64,000 nt of DNA from positions 197,842,001 to 197,906,000 of the forward strand of contig NC_091474.1 in assembly GCF_036971445.1 (NCBI RefSeq), written 5' to 3'. A program made the translations under genes and the position numbers. Shown in pieces: positions 38,201 to 52,100 of this stretch. Position 1 is the first letter of the stretch. The number at the start of each line of letters is the position of its first letter. The notes under the pieces were generated by a model. That model ran no database searches and was not told the DNA's origin. It saw nothing but the letters and a program-made list of their open reading frames with translations. Source of the stretch: Narcine bancroftii (lineage: Eukaryota).

Positions 38201-38563
38201 TGTTAGGTAAAACATCATGAGATGGGAATGTGTAAGGAGTTACCCTTTGCAGGGCTGTAACAAGATGTGAATGCATCCTTGTACTTACAAGATAAGAGAG
38301 ACATTGATGGATTGAGAGGCAGGAAGCTAGCAGGGAAAGGATAGCAACAGTTTTAGTCATTGGACAAGTAATGATATGATGATGTTCTAAGCACGTATCC
38401 AAGGGTATAAAAAATCACCATTTTGCTGATAACGGCAGAATGCATTCTCCGACTAACATTGTTAGTCGCAAGTGTTACAATCCGGTAATAAAGAACAAAG
38501 AACCCTGATTTCGACTCAGTCTGGTGTTTGTCTCAGTCATTCATGAACAAAGCAGACCTAACA
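38201..38563 (+). mobile_element. Solo LTR (Gypsy-like), 363 bp, same orientation as SNAP91
   Basis: Terminal inverted repeats TGTTAGGT...ACCTAACA, perfect TSD TACA (38197-38200, 38564-38567), TATAAAA at 38406 and AATAAA at 38487. Confidence 0.9.
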
Positions 38564-39910
38564 TACATGAAGATCGATTTTGATTGGATCAAGCATTTGG
38601 CAAGGTTTTTGGGGATTGTTCTTGTTATTTTTCTAAAAATGTACTGCAAACTGAATACAGAGGAGAATTTTTATCTAAAATAATAAAAGTATCAATTAGA
38701 AAAGATATTAACGCAAATGTTTTTTTATCCTAATTTGAGTATTTATTTCAAAAGGTGTTAAAAATCAAATTTGACTGTCTTCATTCAGATTACATGAAAC
38801 AAAACAGAAAATATGATGGATCAAACTTTTAACCATTTTATCTTGAAATGTAACTAGTAGATATGGGTGGGGAAAGGAACACATTACTTCCAATGGCTCT
38901 CAGACTGTTTCCTCAGATTTCAGAGCATTTTGACTTGGAAGTGTCAAATCAGTTTTGGGACTGTTCTTTTGTGTGATGAATAATTCTTATAATTTTATCT
39001 TGGTCCCTATTTTAAATCATCCACTTTGAGTAAATTGATATCTGGTCTTCTGCAGCAAGACAAGAAGTAACAATAAGAATTTTTTTTTTCAGGTCATAAA
39101 GAACAACATTTTAAGAAACCATTGCGTTCACAATGCACTTGCATCCTTGAACTAATTTCTGATCGCACCAGTTATGCTGCTATGGTTAATCTTTGCCATT
39201 TCATAATTGACTGCACCATTCCTCACTGATTGCATGTTCAATGTGATGTTTTGGATAGGACTTGATACCATGTTCAAGGATAAGCTGATAACTATCTCAC
39301 TTGCGCAGCTGAAGAAATACAGCAATATTTATTAACATTTTCTGATAAATGAGATGACATGAGAAAATGATAATACACTGGATTCTATAGAAGCTTCAAG
39401 GTGGAATGCAAATTTAAAAATATTTTAAATAAATTTTAAATATGCCATGAATATTTTAAATCATTTTTCTATTTTGTAATGTGGAAATATTGGAAATGGT
39501 ATGATAAAGGCACAACTTCTCTGCTAAGTAACACGGAACATTATTTTGTTAAAAGCCTGATTTTTGAGTTGTTTTTAACAGTTTAAACTGCATCTTGACG
39601 CCTTTCAGAGATCACATATATTGATGCCACCTCAGAGAGCTTTTCAATTAGATGAAATATTAGCAAATGTTTATTGAATGTCTTCATTCTTTGTGACTTA
39701 ATATGGAATAGAAAGGACATTTTTATGTTCAGCTCTTTTCAATAAGGTGAAGTTAGATTAAAGGTTGCAATTTTCTGAACTCTTGGTAACTTCATTTAAA
39801 CTACGCCAATTTAAAGTGAGAACATCCAGATGGTGAATGTACAATGAGATTCTGTAGTTATAATTACTATCTTTTTTTTTAATACTGCATCTTTATAATG
39901 GATAAAACAG

Positions 39911-39925
39911 ATCTTTTAGGCGAAG
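39911..39925 (+). CDS. SNAP91: SNAP91 15-nt microexon, phase 1-1
   Basis: aaacag|AT CTT TTA GGC GAA G|gtgagt. Encodes DLLGE, identical to mammalian AWG-DLLGE-DSLA. Confidence 0.93.
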
Positions 39926-40072
39926 GTGAGTACAATAGTTTAATTCATTTTTAGTCAACTTAATTGCATCTGAAACTTTCAATGGATCATTTTTGAAGAG
40001 ATAAATGGCTTCAAGATCGGCATTTGTACATTTTTCTTCTCCCTTCACCTTTCCTTGATGCTTGCAATACAG

Positions 40073-40231
40073 ATTCTTTGGCATCTCCTGCCCTTCCTAG
40101 TGCCCCTGAGACACAACCACCTGATCCGTTTGCTGCAGAGACTTCCTTGAAAACTTCTCCTTCAACAGCAGATGCTACTACACCTACTGCTGCTGCCTCG
40201 GCAACAACCACTGATCTGGATCTTTTTGGAG
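40073..40231 (+). CDS. SNAP91: SNAP91 internal exon, 159 nt, phase 1-1
   Basis: aatacag|AT TCT TTG...TTT GGA G|gtcagt. Encodes DSLASPALPSAPETQPPDPFAAETSLKTSPSTADATTPTAAASATTTDLDLFG, within track ORF 40024..40260. Confidence 0.95.
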
Positions 40232-40864
40232 GTCAGTTTAGGTGTTCTAGCATCTCTTAGCACTAGACTGATGCCTCCATAAATTGATAGATAATACTTT
40301 CAGCATTTTTTGTTACTCTAAGCTACAGCTGAAGGTGGCGGCTATGGGGTATTTGTCTTGTGTTTTCGAATGGATAGACAAGGAAACCTGAGAATTATGT
40401 TGTGGTGAATGTGGTATTTGTTAAATTTGACTGCGATGCGAAATCAGTAAGTTAATGTTTCAAATCAGTGTAATTTTTACATCATTTTGATAGAAATGTA
40501 TGTTTTGATCCAAATGTTGGTAGCTAAATGATTGATCTTTTCAGAGGATTCCATTTTTAACATTAACCATGACTTGAATCTGATATTTCACTGTATTGAG
40601 GGAAATTTAGCTGGCTGATTAACTTGTTTTAATAACTTTCAGTCAAACTTAACCATTTTGAATAGCTCATTGAAAGAGTGAGGGCAATTATGTCCCTATA
40701 AGAGTAAAGGACAAGGCAGGCAAGATCAGAGAACCCTGAATGGCCAGAGATACCGAGAATTTGTTCAAGGAAAAGGAGATAACAGGTTTCAGTTATAGAC
40801 AGATGATATTAACTGTTTCCTTTGAGCCATATAAAGGATGTAGGAGTTCACTTGAAGGGGGAAA

Positions 40865-41814
40865 TAAGACCAAAAGCTATAGGAGTTGAACTAGGCTATT
40901 CAATTTGTTGAATCTGCTCTGCCATTTCATCATCAGTTGATCCACTCTCCCACTCAGCCTCACTACCTTGCCTTCTACCCACAACCTTTGATAGCCTGAC
41001 ACTTTGGATGCCTATCAATCTTTGCATTAAATACATCCAATGACCTGGCCTCCACGGCTGTCCATGTCAGCAAATTCCAGGGGCTCACCACTCTGGCTAA
41101 AGAAATTCCTCCGCATCTGTTTTAAATAGGGCCCTTCAAACCTGAAGTTGTGCCCTCCTGTCCTTGACTCCACTACCTTAGGGAAACAACTTTGTCATGT
41201 CTACTCTGTCCAGGCTTTTCAATATTCAAAATGCTTCCATGAAGTCCCCCTCATTTTTCTGAACTCCAAGTGGTATAGTCCAAAAAGACATTAAATATTC
41301 CTCATATGCTTATCCCTTCATTCCAGGAATCATTCTTGCAAATAGATCCTCTCCAATGGCAGCACATCTTTCCTTGAATAAGGAACACAAAACTGTACCC
41401 CATACTGGAAGTGAGACATTATAATGCCTCAACTTCACATCCCTGCTCTTGTATCCTCTTCCTCTGGATGTGAATGCCAAAATTAAATTCACCTTCTTCA
41501 TCACCAACTCAACCTGGAGGTTAACTTTTATAGTATCCTGCTCAAGGTCTACCACATCCCTTTCCCCCTCTAATTTTGAATGATCTCCCCATCCAAATAA
41601 TCGTCTGCCCTTTTTCTCCTAATCCAAGTCTGTGTAGCCTCTCCGTTTCCTCCTCAGTATCTTCCCCTCCACCTATCTTTGTATCATCTGCAAATTTAGC
41701 CACATAGCCATTTATTCTGCAATTATTCTGACCCTTGTAGTACACCACTGGTAGCCAGTAGTGAACCAGAATAGGATCCCTTTATTTGCACTTTCTGTTT
41801 TATTAATTTTTATC

Positions 41815-41846
<32 letters not shown>

Positions 41847-42540
41847 CTTGATTTTACTTGCTGTTATCCTGAGGCTGCTGATCGCTTGAATTCCAGATTC
41901 TGGGGGTTTTACTGTATCTTTCTTGTAATTCCTTGGACTCTCATTTTGTAAGGCACCTTGTCAAAAGCCTGTTGAAAGTCCAATATATACAGCATCCATT
42001 ACATGTCCTTTATCTAGCCTGCTTGTGGTTCCTTAAAGAATTGCTGGAGGTTTATCAAGCAAAATTTTCCCTTGAGGAAGGCATGCTGACTTTGGCCTAA
42101 CTTGTCATGCACCTTCAGATACTCCATAATCTATCCTTGATAATTGACTCATACAACTTCCCAACCACTGATGTTAGGCTAACAGGTCTATAATTTCCTT
42201 TCTGCTTCCTCCCTTCCTTTTTAAATAGTGGAATGACCTTTGCAACTTTCCTCTCTTCCGGAACTATGCCATTACTAGTGACTGCACAATCTCTATACCT
42301 ACTACTTTCATTATCCGAGTGTGCATTCCTTTTGGTCCGGGAGACTTGTATACCCTTAGACATTTCAGCTTTCCAAACACCTTCTCTCTGGTGATCGTGA
42401 CTGCACTCACCTCTCTTTCTTGACACCCTTGAGAGTCCAATATACTGTTAATGTCTTCCACAGTGAAGACTGATGCAAAATACTCATTTAATTCCTTTTT
42501 CATGCCCTTGTTTCCCATTATAATTTTTCCATCATCATTC
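40865..42540 (-). mobile_element. CR1-like LINE, RT through 3' end
   Basis: ORFs with LNEYFASVFT, NYRPVSLTSVVGKL and VAKFADDTKIGG. Confidence 0.9.
41815..41842. repeat. (TA)n microsatellite
   Basis: Directly visible. Confidence 0.9.
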
Positions 42541-42554
42541 TATCAATCCTATAT

Positions 42555-43032
42555 CTACTCTTTTTTTTATATATGTTTTATTTTTCACACTATAAACCAT
42601 ATTAACCAAAATACACACAAACATTTCCCTCTTGAATATACACAGTGTCATTTTCTCCCCTTTTTCCCCCTCCCTTCCCTCCCTCCTTCATCCCCCCTCC
42701 CCACCCACTCAATGTTCAACCTATGTGATACATTAAACCCATTAAACAATCTCATCACACAATGAAAATAAACAAGAAATTTGTGTCTTCTACTTTTACA
42801 TACTGGGTCAGTTCATTTCGTCGTCTTCTCCTTCTGTCATTTTAGGCGGTGGAGGACTTCTCTGTTGTGTTCCATGTATGGTTCCCAAATTTGTTCGAAT
42901 ACTGTGATGTTATTTCTTAAATTGTATGTTATTTTTTCCAATGGAATACATTTATTCATTTCGATGTACCATTGTTGTATTCTCAGACTATCTTCTAATT
43001 TCCAGGTTGACATGATACATTTTTTTGCTATA
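42555..43032 (-). mobile_element. L1/Tx1-like LINE 3' end
   Basis: ORF 42837..43136 reads AIAKKCIMSTWK...W..EM..CIPLEKITY...FEQIWEPY, followed by a G-rich 3' UTR and an A-rich tail. Confidence 0.85.
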
Positions 43033-43269
43033 GCGTGGCTGCAATTTTGCTCTGTCTTCCTGTCCTTCCACACAAACTCCCTACCAGTTGTCTGTATGTG
43101 TGCCAATTGCCTCTTCCTCTTCCCTGTGGTTCTCACTCCCCTGTTAATCTAGTTTAAACATCTCCCACCCCCCCAAACATTACCAATCCTTGCTGCCAGA
43201 TTATTTGTTACCCTCCAGTTCAGGTGCATCCTATCCCACTTGTGCAGGTTGCCCCTTCCTCAGAATAGG

Positions 43270-44405
43270 ACTGCATAGTCAGCACAACAGTGTAACAGCG
43301 CCTGCGATCAGGACTAGGGTTTAAATCCCGCACTGTCTGTAAGGAGTTTGTACGTTCCCCCCATCTCTGCATGGCTTTTACCAGGGGCTCCGGTTTCCTC
43401 CCACCCTTCAAAACGGACTGGGGGTTGTAAGTCAATTGGGTGTGTTAGGTACTCGATAACAGCGATTTAAAAATAAGCCCAGATGATGTTATATTTAAAA
43501 TAATATTTTAAATTATTAATCAACAATTATATAACACCTAATCTAACTAACTTATGTAAATTTAACTAACTTTATATACAATTATCTAACTTAAACTCTA
43601 ACTACGTGCAAATATATTAATGTGTGTGGACTATTCCAAGGAACTACAGCTGAAGGCTCACTTCTCGGAAGGCAGTTCAAATTCAGTTTCAAATATTCAG
43701 TAATGGCCCATGGGTTTGAAATTGATGCACACGCAGGCTTTAAGGTGGTTGAGACACAAAGGCCTTAGAATGAAGTTAGCATTTCCTGAAGTGGGTGACA
43801 GAACGTTGATTACTCACGACACCCTTGTTGAGGTGAAGTGTCCTTTTTAGATTAGTGCCTCTTCTGCAATTAGAAATATTTTCGTGGGTCTTCTTCTGCC
43901 AGTAGAGAACCCTTTTCGTGGGTCAGTCTAAGTAGAGTGCGGTATTTCTTCTGCAACTTTAAAACCATCTTCGTGGGTCAGTCAAAGTGGTATTTTGTTC
44001 CTCTATAACCAAAAGGAGGAAATCTGACATTTTGTCTATAACCACACAATGAGGCCAAGTGGATTTCTCATTCCCACAAAGGAGGTCCAAGAGGTGTTTA
44101 CTGTTGTGCTAAGGTAGCCTCCTGAACAAACAATGCACTGTCTTTTTAAGAAGCTGGTCACATGGTCTTAGCACCAGGCTTCTCCAGGGCTTCTGTGTTG
44201 ATTCTACATATGTATCCAGTAAAAGGGACATGATGTTCAAAGCTTGCCGCTAGTTTCACAGTCATTTCACATCTTGCAGGCAAGTTGTTAAATCTGTTTT
44301 CTTAAATAGACAGTCTCACACAATAAAATGAATTGAAAAATGGGAGAACATCGCAGATGTATTTGTGCAGCATGGGCCCGTGAGCCGAAAGGACCTGTTC
44401 CACTT
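43270..44405 (+). mobile_element. tRNA-derived SINE split by an LTR-like insertion
   Basis: B-box-like gggtttaaatccc and ctgtctgtaaggagtttgtacgttc core; the body resumes at about 44356 (gatgtatttgtgcagcatgggcc). Confidence 0.65.
43443..44355 (-). mobile_element. Solo-LTR-like insertion, about 0.9 kb
   Basis: TG...CA ends with near-TSD GGTG/GATG; interrupts the SINE. Confidence 0.55.
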
Positions 44406-46149
44406 GTGTAGGTCACCAATTCCCCAGAAAAGGTTCCAATGATCCAAGAACTTGAAACCCTACTTCCTGCACCATTTCATCAGCCATTCATTTGTCTGTG
44501 CTGTCTTCCTGTTCTGACCTTCCCTAGCTCATGGCATCAGAATTTATCTCTCTAGAGATTATCACCTTGGAGGAACTGCTTTTCAACCTCATTCCTAACT
44601 CATAAAATTACTTTGCAGGTCCTCTACCCAATCCTGTCCAACCTCTGGTTGATAAGCCTACCCCTTAAGAATATTCTACAACCCGTTGGAGATGTCCTGA
44701 ACCTGAGCACCCAAGAGGCAACACCCAATCCTGGAATAACTTTTGAGTTGCAGAATCTCCTATCCGTTCCCCTAACTATTTAGTCCTATGACTCACTTTG
44801 CCTGAATTCATACTTCCCGTCTGAGGCTCAACGCCAATTATAGTGCTATTAGTCTGGCAATGCCTTGTTCAGATAGGTCATTCCCACCTAGAGATGGTAC
44901 AATAGCCTATTCTTATTTAAGTTGCTTCATTTATACATATATATGTATAAATTAATTAATGCTATTATTAACACATATGTGATAATTACAAAAGCCAGAT
45001 TGCAAATCAGGTACATAAAACTGTAACACTAATTCAGATATAAAACAGGCATTCTGTTGCACCTTAACAATTCCTGTGGATTATTCTCAACGTCTTGATT
45101 CTCAGTGGGCTCTCTAACTTTCACAGATTAATTATTGTCGTTGTACTTAATGACTGTTTTCATTCCATTTTATTTAGGGTAAATATTTGAAAATGTTAAG
45201 CAATACAAGTTAAGGTGCCAAAACTGTGATATTCAAACCTCATTTAAATGAAGTGTTTGTAATGGGAACAATTTTTTAATGAAAAAGTCAATAATGAATT
45301 GTATCTTATGGTGGCTCAGTGAACTATCGTAAGAAAAAATGCACAAGTCTGTAAAATAAATTGTCAATCTTTACACCAGGCTTGACATGAATTCTAGATT
45401 AAAGCTAGCATACTTGCACTCGTTGCTCAGATTATATCTGTGATTTGAATTGAATTACAATCATTTAAGTGGTTAAATTTTAGAATCTTGCCAATGCTAT
45501 TACACTAATATTGCCCTGAAATACAAAATGTTGCTATATAAGAATGTGACAAGTAAAACATTCTCTGCTTGCATTATTGAATGTGCATGTGCATGGGATT
45601 ATTGTGTTGTGCTGCACTTTGGGCCTACTCTGTAAATTGGCACCATCCAATCACATAACACCCATGATGCTTTATAGAACTCTTTCAACTTTTGACCAAA
45701 GGAAGACAAGTTTGAAGCTTCTTAAATGTATCTTTGCTAAAGAGAACACAGTAGTAAGCTGGAAACCAAGAGCTAGAAACTAAGATTGCTAAGACCATAG
45801 TTACTGAATTGTAGAGTACGGTGAATTTAGGATGCCTGTTTGACCGTATGTTTCCTGTAGAGATGTATTTTTAAAGTTTAAGCAAGTCACAAAGATGAGA
45901 AATGCCAGGGGCATGGAGGGAGTTGAATATTCTTACAGCCTTAAGATAAAGCCAGTGTAGTAATGGATCAAGGTTTGGTATAAGTGTGGATAATTGCCTT
46001 TTCTCTTGTTTATACATGTATTATTGTTCAAGGCAAGGTCAACTTTTATACACATCTGCCTTTGACTTGCAGGGCCATGATAAGCCACAACCTTAAACTT
46101 GATGATGTCTTGATGGTGAATTCACTATATCAGGTTTTTGACTGCTGCA

Positions 46150-46600
46150 ATAACCATATAACAGTTTGTGGCATGGAAACAGGCCATCTCAGCCTTTCAA
46201 GTCCACGCCGGTTCACTCAAACAACTCCGCTAGCTCCCCCCGCCTTTTCTCCACCCATAACCCTCCAACCCCCTCCTATCCATGTATATATCCAGCTTCC
46301 TCTTAAATGAAAGAATTGACTCTGCCTCAACCATTTCCTCCAGAAGATTATTCCATTCAGCCACCACTCTCTGAGTGAAGAAGCATCCTCTAATATTTCT
46401 CCTAAAATTTTTCCCCTTTACCTTCAACTTGTGTCCTCTTGTTTCAACCTCCCCTGCTCTCAGGGAGAAGAGTCTACTTTCATCTAATCTATCTATTCCC
46501 TTCATAATCTTAAACACCTCTATCAAATCCCCTCTCAACCGTCGACGTTCCAATGAATATAGTCCTAATCTCTTAAATCTTTCTCTGTACTCTAGGTGTT
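46150..46600 (-). mobile_element. Well-preserved CR1 LINE 3' end
   Basis: ORF 46230..46553 reads LERRRLRGDLIEVFKIMKG...TRGHKLK...FFTQRVVAEWNNL...FKRKLD, without stops. Confidence 0.92.
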
Positions 46601-46682
46601 AAAAGGAGAATAATATATTTCCAAATAAAACCATTGTATGATTTTGTAAAGAAAGCTGGAAGTGTAAGCTATTGTCCTAGAT

Positions 46683-47621
46683 AAGTGGTGGTCAAACTTT
46701 TTCGGGCTGCTCCCCCCCCCCCCCGCACCCCAGGCCACACATACACAGGACCTCACCCCTGTTTTTTGGTATTATGTCTTCTGCAAATTTAAAACATCAA
46801 CTAATCTAAAACTATAAACAAGCATATATATTTCACAAATAAAACTTATAGTAAACCAATTTATTGCCTACACTATTTTTTTGTTTGCTATCCTGTAGCC
46901 ATATTTTATTCTGCAACAAATATATAATGTTCTTTGTAAAAATCATGCAATCTCAGCAAAATGAGGCAGAAAATACATGAAGTATAAGAGCAATGCAATT
47001 ACTAGGAAAAGTCCCTGACCAATAATACAAGTACGAATGTGAAACTACAAAATCAAATACTTGGGAACTACTTAACTTGAGAAGTCACAGTTAGACGTAA
47101 ATACCTAACGGAAACTATAACATGTTGGTAACACAACATACCCTATATTTGTATAACATGATGTGTACAGTCATGAAATATAAGTTAACACTGCCTGATG
47201 TTACATAAATATAAATAAATTAATATATTGTGTCCCGCTACAAAACAAACCATTTCTAGCAAAAACAAATGTAAATCACAGCAAAACACAGCAGAAAAAA
47301 AACAAGGAAATATTGTGGGATCCCTCAATTATATCTTTATTATATTATAATTTAAATGTACATCACAAGTCTGAATATAACTTGCAATCCTTAAAAACCT
47401 ACAGCCTTGGCCCTTGCAGACGTGAAAATGCGATCATCCCCAGTCCCCACAACGCCTGCTGTCTGATTGGCTGGCGTGTGGTACGTGTCCTGTCCAGACC
47501 ACGTTACCAAGATGCAAACAAATGTTTGGACTGCCCCCTTTTTCCTCACTGCTCCCTTGGATCTTTCCCCTGCACCCGGGGGTGGGGGGAGGGCTGGCAC
47601 CATCCCCTGTGGGAATGACTG
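46683..47621. mobile_element. Non-autonomous hAT (Charlie-like) DNA transposon / MITE
   Basis: Degenerate TIRs (aagtggtggtcaaac ... tgtgggaatgactg) and an 8-bp TSD tcctagat / ttctagat that fits the Charlie NTCTAGAN target. Confidence 0.7.
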
Positions 47622-48807
47622 TTCTAGATGATAGATGTCATGAACATCAAAGAAATCTCAACAAGTTACTGAAGTACATCACACAGATGATAAAGACTTG
47701 GGAGAATTAGAACATGAATTGCTCTATGCAGGAGAGTAGGCTCATCTCTTATATCTCTAACTAACATTTGCAGCCAAATTAGTTATCTAGTCCTTGGTAC
47801 TTTACAGAATCTTAGTGGTGGGAATTTGACAGTGGTGTCACTGTTAATTGATGGTCAAAAAATAGTCGTTCAGCCCTGTTGCTGAAAATGTTTATTGTTT
47901 GGTACCTGCACGCCACAAATGTTGTTTGCCATTTATTTGCCTGTACCTTAATGTTGTCCAGGCCTTGTATGCAGCTGTGAATTCCTCAATTGAGAAAATG
48001 TGAAATAAAATATCACACATCACTGCACTTACCCACTTCTGAAGATATTTGAGGCTAATATACTGTCCAGATCAATATCTTCATTTACTAAGATAATTCC
48101 AAGTACTGAAAACCTCTCAATTCCCAATGACCAGTTTTACCAGAGTTCCTTCCTGACACACATGGCCAAGTGCTTTCTTGATCTCTTTGACAATCTTTCC
48201 ACCTTGACTCCTGAAATTTGGCCCTTGCTACAATGTGCTCAAGGACATTACTTGTGTACATTGCACAATTAATTTTTGATTTCACAAAATTGGCTGAAGA
48301 CTTGTTGATGCTTGTAGGGACTGTAAGAGGAGGCTAAAGTGGCTCCTCCACTTATGCACTTACTATTGAATAAGGTTGCTTGTTTCATTTTCACCAATGT
48401 GTTTGCATCATTCAATTTATTATTATAAAAGTTGGGAAATTTGTTGATTTGCTGTCTAATAGTACACAGTTTTCAAATATACATGCTAACATTTCAGAGC
48501 TTTGATTTTTATGTTGTTTTTCAAATCTAGAGGTAAAAATAGGCATGTCTTGTTGAAATTTGTTTGCTGAGGTTCAGACTTGAAGTTGAAGGGAAAATAG
48601 ACCGATATTAAGCTAACACTTATTTAATGTCTGGAGAAAGGATGAGTGGATTTGATTTGATAATTTTGTCAGATGATTTTTTGAGGAAATGTGTCCATAG
48701 ATTGAAACAATGGATACAGTATTAGAGAAAAATAATTTGTGGCATTACCTTGTGAGGAGACGAGCTTGTAAAGTTTGGATATGCAAAGTGAAAGTGAGTT
48801 TAGATTG

Positions 48808-49162
48808 TGTAAGAATTAAAATGTATTTCGTGCAAGCAAATTCAAGATGTTTACATATGCTTTGAGTGTCACCTAGCAACATCTTCAAGCTAAGGTCTTA
48901 TGGTTTGTTAGAGAGATTACACATGTTAGTTTAGTTTCTTTTGTTCTATGAAATGGTAAGGAATTATTATTGGTAAACAATTTTTATTGTCCATCTAACA
49001 AAGTTTTAGCACAATCTTAACAGTTTTTAACGGCTTGTACTAAAGTATAGCAACTGATAATAAAGTTATCAACTCAACTTTCATATGGCTTTGTTTGAAT
49101 AAATCATAGGCAACTACATTCCGCTATCCTCCAAGCGATTGTAAAGGAAAATAGTCGCTACA
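48808..49162 (+). repeat. 5' LTR of the BEL/Pao element
   Basis: TGTAAGAATTAAAATG...ATAGTCGCTACA; direct repeat of 55274-55668. Confidence 0.9.
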
Positions 49163-52100
49163 ATATTTTGTCAATGAGAAACAGAATTTAAGACTATAGA
49201 AAGTTGGAAATTGGATTTGGAAGTCGGACAGGGATTGATTGGCCCCTGTTTGAGGCATTTTGAACTCAAGGAGGCACGATAGTCAACGGCATTACCAGGG
49301 CCAGTGAAGAAGCGGTGAGCCTGACTAAAGGATTATTTTCTGTGTGTTTATTGCCAGTTGGAACACATTTTGGAGAAACTGTCGCTTGTCCTTTGAGGAC
49401 TGTTTTGGTTTTGGAGTTATCATTACGCAAGTTTGATGTCTGTGTGCGACACTCGGCTGAATGGATAATATGGCAGCTGCCGCTGAATTTGGTGTCCCTG
49501 ATGAGCTATGTGCCGAGAAGATGAAGGTCACAACTCTAAAGAAGAATTGCACCGGTGGCACTTAGATGCACGTGGAAATAAAGCTGTTCTCTTTGCGAGA
49601 CTGAACAAGGCAATAGGAAAACAGAAGGTTACGGCTACTGGGAATGCAAATCCCACAGAATTGGTGAAAAAACACATTAATATAAACTAAGATCGGCCAC
49701 ATGGAAATGGCTGAAGCTGAGCCACAAGATGGTGGTGTGGAGGATGAGAAATCCAGAGTGCGATATTAAGACAACATCTGACATACAGGATGATATACGA
49801 ATAGAAGATGGTGCGTTTATTGCTGGAAGCAGAAGAGGCAAGAGGAGTTCTAAAGCAAGTGCCAGTGTTTCAAGTTTAAAAGTTCAGAATGAAAGGGCTG
49901 CTCTTATACGACTTAGAAGAATTAAAGGAAGAGCAGGAGGAACAGCTAAGGGAGAAGAGGAACAACTACAAAGAACCAGCTAAGGAGGCAAAAGGAGAAA
50001 ATGGAACTGAACCAAAAAATATCTGTTAATGAGTCCAAGTCGAGGAATCGAAAAGTCTGAGGTATCTAGTGCTCAAAATAAATTATCTGAAGCATCTAAT
50101 GTTTTGGAGTCACATTTTGAGGAAGGACAACAAAAAAAAACCCCAAATATTTAATACCAAAGAAGAACCAGTGTTACAGTTACGAGACTTGCATGGTCCC
50201 AAACTAGCCATGTTAAGGCATGGTTGGTGCAAAACCTCAAACCCCAATAATGACCCCAGTGGACAGAGATGTGAGCCAAATGCTTCCCACTCCTGACAAG
50301 TAATAGAAACAGAAATCCAGGTGAACAAAGTAACTTACGCCCAGGCATGAGAAAGCAAGTTGAAATGGCTGCATCGTTAATGCAGTTACAGTCTCTCTCT
50401 TCTCTGCCCAAGAGAAAGATTTCAGTTTTTGATGATGACCCACTTCAATTCCAAGCGTTTATCAAAAACGTTGAATGCAGTATTGAAATTAGAGCCAAAA
50501 CTCAGAGGATTGTCTGTATTTTTTTGGAGCAGTTCATGAGTGGGCAACCAAAAGATCTTAAAGAGATGCCATCATGTAGCCCTGAAGGAAGGATTTGAAA
50601 AGGCTAAGTTTTTACTAAAGAAACATTTTGGCAACAAGCATAAAATTGCTTCAGCTTGTGTACGAAAGGCTTTTTCATGGTCATCAATAATCCAGATGAC
50701 ATGAAGGCTTTACAAGCTTATGACCTCTTACTAAGAGGATATTGGTCATATACGAGAGTTTGATATAACTACTAATATGCTAATCATTTTAAATAAGTTA
50801 CCCTACTGGATGAGAGAACTATAGAGAAGTTCAGTTGTTGAATACCAGAAACGATGCGATAAAACGGCTACTTTTATGGATTTGCTGGAATTCATTGAAG
50901 GGCAAGTGGACATTGCCATAGATTCAGTGTATGGAAATATCAAAAGCACTCAAACTGTAAACAAAAAAAGTTGAGAGGTCCAAATCGTACCCTCAGCCAA
51001 AATTTTTAAAAGTACATTTGCCACTTCCCTGGCAGTGGCGAATAAAGAAATTAAGGAAAATTAAAGTTTGCCTGCTGTGAAGAAATGTTTGTTCTTTAAT
51101 GATAGGCATGCTTTGGAAATGTGTGCACAGTTGGAAAAGAAGACGCATTGTGAGAAAATTGCTTTTTTTTAAGGAAAATGGAATAGGTTTTGGCTGTGTG
51201 TGAAGAGGCCACAACAGCAAAAACTGCAAATCAACTCAGCTGCGACATAAGTAGACTAAAGCATCCCAAAATGCTTAATATCATCAAGGAAAAGAAGAAT
51301 ACGGTAACGGAAAAAACGACAAGAAAAGAAGCAAATGAAACAATGCTGAAGCCTTGGTATTGACAAATGATCTTTCTGGGGTTAGAGAGACAACTGAAAA
51401 CTTTTAATAGTACCTGTACAAGTCAAGGCCAAGAAAGGAAGTACAATAGTGCAGACTTATGCATTTATTAACCCAGGTAGCACTGCAGAACTTGGTACTG
51501 TGGAGCTAATGAATAAACTTAATCTTCAAGGAAGTAGGTCAAAAATTCTATTGAGAACGATAGGTCAAGTTAAACACATTGAAACCAACATTGTTTTGGG
51601 CAAAGAGATCACTGAACTGGATAGTAACAATACTTGTGAACTCCCAGGCATATTCACTCAAAAGACTATTCCTGTGCATAAAGGAACCATCCCATATAAA
51701 AATGACATTTAACCCTGGATGCATTTGAAAAATGTTTGTTTATGCAAAATCAACTCTGAGATAGAGTTATTGATTGGTTCAGATGTACCAAAAGCCCTGG
51801 AACCACTAGATACGATAGGGAGTATGGGAGATGGACCTTACGCTGTCAAAACCATTCTTGGTTGGGCAAGTAATGGACCATTAGGACAAAAAATAGGTTC
51901 AAAACCAGTCAGCTTCAAGTGTCAACAAGATGTTGATTGTTGAGTTTGATGGGCTGTGGGAGCAGCAGTTCAAGAATAACTTCCCTGAGTGCCTCAAGGA
52001 TGACCAGGTACCTTCAAATGAAGACCAGCAGTTCTGGAATCGGTGACAAAAACTGTCAAGCTGGTTAATGATCATTATTGCATTGGATAACCTTTAAAGA

